Positions 25,010-32,000 of a stretch of DNA of 32,000 nt are shown here, one piece after another (the first letter of the stretch is position 1; every line of letters begins with the position of its first letter). Below the pieces are notes generated by a model. That model was not told the origin of the DNA. It was given only the letters and a program-made list of their open reading frames with translations, and ran no database searches. The DNA is from Delftia acidovorans NBRC 14950. GTDB lineage: Bacteria > Pseudomonadota > Gammaproteobacteria > Burkholderiales > Burkholderiaceae_C. The stretch covers positions 2,237 through 34,236 of the forward strand of contig NZ_BCZP01000042.1 in NCBI RefSeq assembly GCF_001598795.1, given 5' to 3'. A program made the position numbers and the translations under genes.

Positions 25010-25696
25010 ATGCAATTGCTGCTCGTAGAAGATGACAACGCCATGCGCACCACGCTGCAGCGCACGCTGATCCGGCGCGGCATCCAGGTGGAGACGGCGG
25101 CCGACGGCCCCTCGGCCCTGGCGCAGTGGCTGGTGCGCGAGCCCGACGCCGTGGTGCTGGATTTGAGCCTGCCCGGCCTGGACGGCCTGCAGGTGCTGGA
25201 GCGTGCGCGCGGCCAGGGCCTGCGCACGCCCGTGCTCATCCTGACTGCGCGCGGCACCGTGGGCGACCGCGTGCTGGGCCTGAACGCCGGCGCGGACGAC
25301 TACCTGGCCAAGCCCTTCGACCTCGACGAGCTGGAGGCCCGGCTGCGCGCCCTGCTGCGCCGCAGCAGCGACAGCTTCGCGCCCAAGCCGCCGCCCGAGA
25401 CCATTGCCATGGGCGCGCTGCGCTACGACAAGACCAGCGGCGCCATCCACCGCGATGGCGAGATCATGGAGCTGACGCCCCGCGAGCTGGCCCTGATGCA
25501 CGCCCTGCTGGCGCGCCCCGGCCATGCCGTGGCCAAGGAGCGGCTGTTCGCGCTGGTGTTTCCCGGTGAGTCCGACGTGCAGTACGAGGCCGTGGAAGTC
25601 GTCGCCTACCGGCTGCGCAAGAAGCTGTCGGGCACAGGCGTGCAACTGGTTACGCTGCGCGGGCTGGGCTATCTGCTCAAGGCCGAGTCAGCCTGA
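25010..25696 (+). CDS. tctD: OmpR-family response regulator TctD
   Basis: MQLLLVEDDNAMRTTLQRTL..VVLDLSLPGLDGLQVL..LILTARG is a receiver domain, and the C-terminus is a winged helix (LTPRELALMHALLARPG). ATG 25010 is preferred over the track start 24974. Confidence 0.9.
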   Translation: MQLLLVEDDNAMRTTLQRTLIRRGIQVETAADGPSALAQWLVREPDAVVLDLSLPGLDGLQVLERARGQGLRTPVLILTARGTVGDRVLGLNAGADDYLAKPFDLDELEARLRALLRRSSDSFAPKPPPETIAMGALRYDKTSGAIHRDGEIMELTPRELALMHALLARPGHAVAKERLFALVFPGESDVQYEAVEVVAYRLRKKLSGTGVQLVTLRGLGYLLKAESA

Positions 25697-25726
25697 CGCA
25701 TTGCCGCATTCCTGCACCGCAAGCCC

Positions 25727-27214
25727 ATGCGCGACCCCGGTCTTCCCCTTCCCGCCCCCGCCCGCGCGCGCCAGCCCTGGTCGCTGCGCCGCCAGCTGCT
25801 GACGGGCATTCTCGTCCCCGTCATTCTGTTCATTGGCTTCAATACCTGGAGCCTCTACCACCAGACGCTGGCTGCGCTGAACACGGCCTATGACCGCACG
25901 CTGCTGGCATCGGCCAAGAGCATCAGCGAGCAGCTGGATGTGACGGGCTATGACGAGTCCGCCCAGTTGCATGCCATCGTTCCCTACTCGGCGCTGGAGA
26001 TCTTCGAGGCCGACAACCAGAGCCGCATGTTCTACCGCGTCTCCACGCTGGACGGGGAAATGGTGTCGGGCTTTGGCGAGCTGCCCATGTGGCACGGCGT
26101 CATCCCCCAGCGCCCGCCCTACGCGGCCCTGGTCGATTTCTATGACGCACAGTTCCGCGGCAGGCCCGTGCGCATGGCCGTGCTGCTGCAGCCCGTGGCC
26201 AGCGCCAAGGGGCGCGGCATGGCCGTGATCCAGGTGGCCGAGACGCTGGAGCTGCGCGAGACCCTGGCCCTGCAGATCCTGCGCACCACGCTGGCACGCC
26301 AGGCCCTGCTGGTGGCTGCCGTGGCGCTGATCGTGATCTTTGTGGTGCAGCGGGCCACCCAGCCCGTGCGCCAGCTCAGCAGCGACCTGCGCTCGCGCCC
26401 GCGCGGCGACCTGAGCCCGCTGTCGGCCCCCGCTGCGCCGCGCGAATTGCAGCCGTTGCTGGAGGCCATCAACCAGCTCATGCTGCGGCTGCGCCAGCTG
26501 CTGTCGGACCAGAAGCGCTTTGTGCGCGATGCATCGCACCAATTGCGCACACCGCTGGCCGTGCTCAAGGCCCAACTGCAGTCGGCCCAGCGCGGCGATG
26601 TGCCGGCCGAGCAGGCATTCGAGGAAATCGGCGCCACCGTGGACCGCGCCACGCGGCTGGCCAACCAGATGCTGGCGCTGGCCAAGGTCGAGCAGCTGCG
26701 GCAGGAAGACAGCGCCGAGCCGGCGTCGCCCGCCCCCAGCCTGCTGGACGAAGTGGTGCGCGACGTGGCCATCGAACTGTCGCCGCTGATTGCCGAGCAG
26801 GACATCGATTTCTCCATAGACACCGAGCCCTGCCCCGTGCCGGCCCATGAATGGATGCTGCGCGAGCTCACGCGCAACCTGCTGCACAACGCCATACGCC
26901 ACATGCCTGCGGCCGGCAGCCTGCACATCAGCGTGCACCAGGCCGGCAGCCAGGCCGTGCTCAGCCTGCGCGACAGCGGGCCGGGCATAGACAGCGATCT
27001 GGCCCAGCGGCTGTTCCAGCCGTTCTCGGCCGGCAATGCGCGCAGCGGCTCGGGCCTGGGGCTGGCCATCTGCCACGAGATCGTGCAGACGCTGGGCGGT
27101 GCCATCGAACTGCGCAACATCTACCGGCAAGGGCTGGTCTGCGGTCTGCACGCGCACGTGGCGATTCCGCTGCAACCGGCCACTGGCAAGCACCCCGCGC
27201 CGCGCGCACAATAA
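25727..27214 (+). CDS. tctE: Sensor histidine kinase TctE
   Basis: Two TM segments flank a periplasmic domain. H-box FVRDASHQLRTPLAVLK. N/G boxes LLHNAIRH and GSGLGLAICHEIV. Confidence 0.9.
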   Translation: MRDPGLPLPAPARARQPWSLRRQLLTGILVPVILFIGFNTWSLYHQTLAALNTAYDRTLLASAKSISEQLDVTGYDESAQLHAIVPYSALEIFEADNQSRMFYRVSTLDGEMVSGFGELPMWHGVIPQRPPYAALVDFYDAQFRGRPVRMAVLLQPVASAKGRGMAVIQVAETLELRETLALQILRTTLARQALLVAAVALIVIFVVQRATQPVRQLSSDLRSRPRGDLSPLSAPAAPRELQPLLEAINQLMLRLRQLLSDQKRFVRDASHQLRTPLAVLKAQLQSAQRGDVPAEQAFEEIGATVDRATRLANQMLALAKVEQLRQEDSAEPASPAPSLLDEVVRDVAIELSPLIAEQDIDFSIDTEPCPVPAHEWMLRELTRNLLHNAIRHMPAAGSLHISVHQAGSQAVLSLRDSGPGIDSDLAQRLFQPFSAGNARSGSGLGLAICHEIVQTLGGAIELRNIYRQGLVCGLHAHVAIPLQPATGKHPAPRAQ

Positions 27215-27218
27215 CGCC

Positions 27219-27668
27219 ATGACCGATATCGAATCCATGCGTCTGGACAAATGGCTGTGGTGCGCGCGTTTCTACAAGACGCGCAGCCTGGCGGTAGAAG
27301 AGATCGGCAAGGGCCGCATCACCGTCAACGGAGCCCTGGTCAAGCCCGCGCGCGAGGTGCGCTGCGGCGACACCGTGGTGCTGCGCCAGGGCCAGATTCC
27401 GCGCACCGTGGTCATTCGTGGCCTGTCCGGCATGCGCGGCCCCGCGCCCGTGGCCCAGGCCCTGTACGAAGAAACCGCCGCAAGCCTTGCCGAGCGGGAG
27501 CGCCTGGCCGAGCAGCGCCGGCTGGCGCCCGAGCCCGCCAGCAGCATTGCCGACCAGCACGACGGCCGCCCCACCAAGCGCGACCGCCGCCAGATTGACC
27601 AGGTGCGCGAGCGCGGCAACTGGGACAGCCGCTGGAGCGCATCCATCGACGACCTGGACCGGCGCTGA
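27219..27668 (+). CDS. hslR: Ribosome-associated heat shock protein Hsp15 (S4 RNA-binding domain)
   Basis: MTDIESMRLDKWLWCARFYKTRSLAVEEIGKGRITVNGALVKPAREVRCGDTVVL is an Hsp15-type S4 domain, followed by a basic tail. The track ORF start 27036 lies inside tctE. Confidence 0.85.
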   Translation: MTDIESMRLDKWLWCARFYKTRSLAVEEIGKGRITVNGALVKPAREVRCGDTVVLRQGQIPRTVVIRGLSGMRGPAPVAQALYEETAASLAERERLAEQRRLAPEPASSIADQHDGRPTKRDRRQIDQVRERGNWDSRWSASIDDLDRR

Positions 27669-27704
27669 ATACCGCGGCCCTGCCCGCCTCACGCCTCTTC
27701 CAGC

Positions 27705-27740
27705 AAAAAGGCCATGCGCAACCACTGCGCATGGCCTTTT
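27705..27740. terminator. Bidirectional rho-independent terminator between hslR and the permease gene
   Basis: A5-GGCCATGCGCA-accac-TGCGCATGGCC-T4: an 11-bp perfect stem between convergent genes. Confidence 0.8.
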
Positions 27741-27774
27741 CTCATGGGTTTGCGGCCGCAGCCCCCTGCGGCGT

Positions 27775-29148
27775 TCAGACCACCTGGTCCTTGGCCGGTG
27801 CGTCGTCCCCCTGCGCACGCGGCAGGATGAGGTTCATCACCATGGCGGCCATGGCCCCCACGGTCACGGCCGAGCCCAGCAGGTACTGCAGCATGTCCGG
27901 CAGGGTCTGGACCCAGTCCTTGGGAGCCAGCGTGGCGAAGAACGAGCAGATGATGGGCACGCCCACCACCAGCATGGCGCGCTCGTCCAGGCGCACATGG
28001 CGCAGGATGCGGATGCCCGCCATGGCAATGGTCACGCAGACCACGGCGAACATGCCGCCGATCACGGGCGAGGGAATGGCCGCAATCAGCGCCGAGAACT
28101 TGCCCAGGAAGCCCAGGCAGGCCAGCACCAGGCCGGCTGCAATGAAAACCATGCGGCTGGCCACGCCGGTGATCGAGATCACGCCGGCGTTGGTGGAATA
28201 GCCGGTGACGGGCGTGGCGCCTATCAGGGCGGCCACGCTGCAGCTCAGGCCCTCTCCCACGGCGCCACGGTCGAGCTGGCGGCTGGTGATGGGCTGGTTG
28301 ATCACGGCCGATACCGCAAACCAGGTGCCCGTGGTTTCCGCCATGACCACCAGATAGATCACGACAAAGGTCAGCACGGCAGGCAGGCTGAACTGCAGCG
28401 GGTAGTCGATGCCGGCCAGCTTGGGCAGCGTCAGCCAGGGCGCATCCACAACCGGCTGCCAGGCGAACAGGCCCATGGCCCAGGCCACGGCCGTGCCGCC
28501 GGCCAGCGCAATGATCACCGACGACAGGCGCATCCAGCGGCCCAGCCGGTTGTCAAAGCGCAAGCCCAGCATCATGGCCGCGATCAGCAGCGCCGCCGAT
28601 ACCGATGCCAACGCAATCGACTGGTTGACCGTCATGCCGCCATGGACCGAGAACACGTTGGCGCTGAGCGCAATCGGCAGCAGCGACAGCCCCACCACGA
28701 GGATGATGGTGCCGCCGACGATGGGCGGCACCAGCCAGCGGATCACGCGGTGGAACCAGCCCAGCGCCCCCAGCGCAATGACGATCAGCGCTCCCGGAAT
28801 CAGCGCGCCATAGACCGCTCCCATGCCGCCGAAGCCACCGCCCGCGCCAAAGGCCACGGCCAGGATGGCACCCAGCGGAATGTAGGAAGGCCCTTGTGCC
28901 ACGGGCATGCGCATGCACCAGGCGGTCTGGATCAGCGTGCCCAGTCCCGCTGCGAGAAAGGTGGACTGGATCATGGACGCCGCATCGGCTTGCGACAGCG
29001 CCAGGGCCGAGGCAATGATGAAGGGCACGACATACACGTCCATGGCCATCACATGCTGCAGGCCCAGCAACAGGGCCTGTGACAGCGTGACGCGGTCGTC
29101 GGGGCGGGCGATCAGGCGCCCTTCGTAGGAGGAGGTCGGTTCGGTCAT
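27775..29148 (-). CDS. NCS2-family nucleobase:cation symporter (xanthine/uracil/purine permease)
   Basis: From ATG 29148: MTEPTSSYEGRL..LGLQHVMAM. NCS2 signature-like IPSPVIGGMFAVVCVTIAMAG. Also GYSTNAGVISITGVASR. About 12-14 hydrophobic segments. Confidence 0.85.
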   Translation of the reverse strand: MTEPTSSYEGRLIARPDDRVTLSQALLLGLQHVMAMDVYVVPFIIASALALSQADAASMIQSTFLAAGLGTLIQTAWCMRMPVAQGPSYIPLGAILAVAFGAGGGFGGMGAVYGALIPGALIVIALGALGWFHRVIRWLVPPIVGGTIILVVGLSLLPIALSANVFSVHGGMTVNQSIALASVSAALLIAAMMLGLRFDNRLGRWMRLSSVIIALAGGTAVAWAMGLFAWQPVVDAPWLTLPKLAGIDYPLQFSLPAVLTFVVIYLVVMAETTGTWFAVSAVINQPITSRQLDRGAVGEGLSCSVAALIGATPVTGYSTNAGVISITGVASRMVFIAAGLVLACLGFLGKFSALIAAIPSPVIGGMFAVVCVTIAMAGIRILRHVRLDERAMLVVGVPIICSFFATLAPKDWVQTLPDMLQYLLGSAVTVGAMAAMVMNLILPRAQGDDAPAKDQVV

Positions 29149-29195
29149 GGGACGGAAAAATGCGGAAAACGGCCGCAGCGCAAAGACTGCGGCGC

Positions 29196-30623
29196 TCAGA
29201 CAGCAGTGACAGCGCCGACCGCGCCGGCGGCCTGGCGCCGGTGCACGCACTCGCCCTGCACCCAGGTGCTGGCCACATTGGCGCGCGTGGCGTGGTGGAT
29301 GATCTTTTGCAGAATGTCGACCGGGCCATCCGCGCCGGGCCAGATCTGGACATTGGAGTCAGGCCCCTGGCAGTCGATGGCCAGGGCGTCCATGGCGTGG
29401 CCGGGCTCGATGCGGCCAATCGGCAGGTCCAGCGCATCGCCCCCCGCCGCCGTGGCCAGCCACAGCGCAAAGACGTGGTCGATGCGGGCCTGAACGCCCT
29501 GCCGCGCCCTGCCGCGCTGCGAAGCGTCCAGGGCCGGGTCCACCCCCTCATGCAAGGCCAGCGAGGCCGTCATGGCGTGGCGGCAGGCATCGAACATGCT
29601 GGGGCTGTAGCCGCCCGAGATATCCGTGGCCAACCCCATGCCCAGGCCCTGCTCACGGCCGCTACGCGCGGGGAAAACGCTGTTGGCGAAATAGAAGTTG
29701 GACAGAGGGCAATGCGCGACCGAGGCGCCCGTGCGCGCCATCAGCGCCACGTCATCGGCCGTGAGGAAGTTGGCATGGGCCACGACCGTGCGGCGTGTGA
29801 GCAGGCCGAAATCATGCAGCGCATGCGCATCTGTGCGGCCCTGGCGTTCCAGCACATGGGCATGCGCCCAGTCGCTCTCGGAGCAATGGGTTTGCACATG
29901 GGCGCCGGTGCGTCCAGCCAGGTCGCCCAGCCCGCGCAGCAGCTCGTCGGTGCATGAAGGAATGAAGCGCGGCGTGATCACCGGCAGCACGCGCTGCTGC
30001 GCGTTGTCCGGATGCTGGCGCAGCCAGTCGATGAAGCGCGCCGTCTCGGCAATGCCTTCGGCGGCGCTGGCGTCCTTGTAGTACGGAGGACATTGCGACG
30101 GCTCGTCCATCGCCACCTTGCCTACCAGGGCACGCTGGCCCAGGGCCAGGCAGCGCTCGGCCAGCACCTGGTTGCCCACGGCGTGGATGGTGCCGAAGTA
30201 CATGGCCGTCGTCGTGCCATTGGCCAGCAGCGTGCGCACCACGCTGTCGTAGACCGATGTGGCAAAGCCGGCATCGCCGTAGCGCGCTTCCAGGGGAAAG
30301 GTGTACTCCTGCAGCCAGGTTTCCAGCGGCACATCCAGGGCCTTGCCGCTTTGCGGCCATTGCGGTGCATGCACATGCAGGTCCACCATGCCGGGCAAAA
30401 GGTACTGGCCCTCGGGCAGGCGCTGCAGCGTGCCTGCGGCCGCATGCGCGGCCTCCAGAGCGGCGCGGCGGGGATCATCGCGCTCCAGCACGGCATCGAT
30501 CATGCCGCGGCCATCCACCACGATCAGCACGTCCTGCTGGATGCGCAGCGCATCCGGCATGGGCGCATCGAAAGCAGTGCACAACAGGGCCCAGCCCCGG
30601 CCAGGGTCAGCACAATTCATCAT
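29196..30623 (-). CDS. guaD: Guanine deaminase (amidohydrolase superfamily, long GDA type)
   Basis: MVDLHVHAPQWPQSGKALDVPLETWLQEYTFPLEARY, ITPRFIPSCTDELLRGLGDLA..HVQTHCSES and LATDISGG parallel the conserved blocks of GDA-type guanine deaminases. Lies upstream of a purine permease. Confidence 0.75.
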   Translation of the reverse strand: MMNCADPGRGWALLCTAFDAPMPDALRIQQDVLIVVDGRGMIDAVLERDDPRRAALEAAHAAAGTLQRLPEGQYLLPGMVDLHVHAPQWPQSGKALDVPLETWLQEYTFPLEARYGDAGFATSVYDSVVRTLLANGTTTAMYFGTIHAVGNQVLAERCLALGQRALVGKVAMDEPSQCPPYYKDASAAEGIAETARFIDWLRQHPDNAQQRVLPVITPRFIPSCTDELLRGLGDLAGRTGAHVQTHCSESDWAHAHVLERQGRTDAHALHDFGLLTRRTVVAHANFLTADDVALMARTGASVAHCPLSNFYFANSVFPARSGREQGLGMGLATDISGGYSPSMFDACRHAMTASLALHEGVDPALDASQRGRARQGVQARIDHVFALWLATAAGGDALDLPIGRIEPGHAMDALAIDCQGPDSNVQIWPGADGPVDILQKIIHHATRANVASTWVQGECVHRRQAAGAVGAVTAV

Positions 30624-30642
30624 GGAAACGCGGCCCCCTGCC

Positions 30643-31392
30643 TCACTTGGCCTTGAGCTTGGCCAGGTCCTCGGCCGTCAACCATCGCCACTGGCCCGGC
30701 TGCAGGTCCTCGGTGAGCTCCAGCTCGCCGATCTTCCAGCGATGCAGGCCCTCGACGCGGTTGCCAACGGCCGCGATCATGCGCTTGACCTGGTGGTACT
30801 TGCCTTCGGTCAGCGTGAGGTCCAGCACATGCTCGCTCACCTGCTCGCAGGCAGCGGCCTTGACGGGCTTGGGGTCATCGTCGAGCACCACGCCGTCGAG
30901 CAGGCGCTGCACCTGGCCGGCATCGACCGGATGCTTGGTGGTCACGCGATAGATCTTGGGCACATGCTTCTTGGGCGAACTCATGCGGTGGATGAACTGG
31001 CCGTCATCGCTGAGCAGCAGCAGGCCCGTCGTGTCCTGGTCCAGCCGCCCCACGGCCTGCACGCCCTGCACGGCACCCTTGTTCGGGCGCAGCCGCAGCG
31101 GCAAGGGCAAAAGCGAGTAAATGCTCGGATAGGTCGAAGGTTTTTGCGAGCACTCCGTGCCCGCCGGCTTGTGCAGCAGCACATAGCCCAGTGCGTGATA
31201 GGCCCACTCCACGCCCTGCACGCGATAGCGCAGGCCTTCAGGATCGATGTCCTGCGTGGAGTCGAGGCAACGCACCCAGTCATTGGCCTCGGTGTCCCAC
31301 AGTTCCACCCAGCCCTGCTGGACCAGTCCGGAACACACGCGGCGGATGCCGAACCCTTGGGAATACAGAATGTCTTGCAGTTGCATGTTCAT
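30643..31392 (-). CDS. rsuA: RsuA-family rRNA pseudouridine synthase (S4 domain + catalytic domain)
   Basis: GRLDQDTTGLLLLSDDGQFIHRMSSPKKHVPKIYRVT and EGKYHQVKRMIAAVGNRVEGLHRWKIG match RsuA motifs (GRLDxDTxGL, EGRYHQVKRM). The exact specificity (RsuA versus a paralog) is not certain. Confidence 0.8.
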   Translation of the reverse strand: MNMQLQDILYSQGFGIRRVCSGLVQQGWVELWDTEANDWVRCLDSTQDIDPEGLRYRVQGVEWAYHALGYVLLHKPAGTECSQKPSTYPSIYSLLPLPLRLRPNKGAVQGVQAVGRLDQDTTGLLLLSDDGQFIHRMSSPKKHVPKIYRVTTKHPVDAGQVQRLLDGVVLDDDPKPVKAAACEQVSEHVLDLTLTEGKYHQVKRMIAAVGNRVEGLHRWKIGELELTEDLQPGQWRWLTAEDLAKLKAK

Positions 31393-31469
31393 CTTTCAAG
31401 CCGTCTGCGCCCACCATGGCGCACGCACATCGCGCAGGCGACGATACAAGTACTTCTGCGCAAACAAGC

Positions 31470-31500
31470 AAAAAACCCCGTAGCTTTGGGCTACGGGGTT
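31470..31500 (-). terminator. Rho-independent terminator of the rRNA operon
   Basis: Minus strand: AACCCCGTAGC-ccaaa-GCTACGGGGTT followed by TTTT. It lies 16 nt downstream of the 5S 3' end. Confidence 0.8.
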
Positions 31501-31515
31501 TCTTGGGCTGTAAGA

Positions 31516-31630
31516 GCCTGACGATGACCTACTTTCACACGGGAACCCGCACTATCATCGGCGCAAAGTCGTTTCACTGTCCTGTTCGGGATGGGAAGGA
31601 GTGGTACCAACTTGCTATGGTCATCAGGCA
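31516..31630 (-). rRNA. rrf: 5S ribosomal RNA
   Basis: The reverse complement reads TGCCTGATGACCATAGCAAGTTGGTACCACTCCTTCCCATCCCGAACAGGACAGTGAAACGACTTTGCGCCGATGATAGTGCGGGTTCCCGTGTGAAAGTAGGTCATCGTCAGGC, a canonical bacterial 5S. Ends are accurate to about 2 nt. Confidence 0.95.
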
Positions 31631-31752
31631 TAACTTGTTGTCGTGCTGCTCATGGAGCAACACAACGAATTCATAGAGTCTGTAAATCAGCTTTGTATTT
31701 TGACTGCGCCTTACTTGGCATAACCACCTTGATGATCACGTCATCAAAGTTA

Positions 31753-32000
31753 TAGGGTCAAGCCTCACGAGCAATTAGTATCAGTTAGCTTAACGCATTA
31801 CTGCGCTTCCACACCTGACCTATCAACGTCCTGGTCTTGAACGACTCTTCAGGGGGCTCAAGGCCCCGGCAGATCTCATCTTGAAACGAGTTTCCCGCTT
31901 AGATGCTTTCAGCGGTTATCTCTTCCACACTTAGCTACTCGGCAATGCCACTGGCGTGACAACCGATACACCAGAGGTGTGTCCACTCCGGTCCTCTCGT
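31753..32000 (-). rRNA. rrl: 23S ribosomal RNA, 3'-terminal ~250 nt (continues beyond window)
   Basis: The reverse complement begins ACGAGAGGACCGGAGTGGACACACCTCTGGTG (sarcin-ricin loop region). It runs through ..GCTGAAAGCATCTAAGCGGGAAAC.. to ..CTAATTGCTCGTGAGGCTTGACCCTAT, matching the conserved 23S 3' end. The 3' boundary is approximate. Confidence 0.95.

Overview
High-GC betaproteobacterial chromosome, Burkholderiales and probably Comamonadaceae-like. That placement is inferred from multiple Bug/TctC receptors, an Omp32-type porin and the 5S/23S sequence. About 36 genes are supportable. Left part: LysR regulator, Bug receptor, ModA-like binding protein and porin. An AT-richer ~2.2 kb insertion follows; it is bracketed by a 161-bp direct repeat of the porin 3' end and ends in an IS66 transposase remnant. 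Next come a lipoprotein, a MerR/aldo-keto reductase pair, a TetR/SDR pair, and a second AT-richer patch with small orphan genes. The most unusual region is 11.8-17.9 kb. It holds two phage-style switch modules (XRE-HTH + S24 CI/LexA-like repressors, one with a Cro-like partner). They sit divergently upstream of four tandem, strongly diverged paralogs of a ~230-aa family I cannot assign to any known domain. A two-domain protein with a possibly DUF4272-like C-terminus lies convergent to the array. No integrase, replication, structural or lysis genes occur in the window. The right part is ordinary core: ArsR plus a sigma-54 PAS activator, a secreted SGNH hydrolase, the complete tctCBA/tctDE locus, hslR, an NCS2 purine permease with guanine deaminase, an RsuA-like pseudouridine synthase, and the 3' end of an rRNA operon (5S, partial 23S). 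Most long ORFs on the strand opposite these genes are GC-driven shadows. All homology calls come from reading the translations by eye; no database search was possible.
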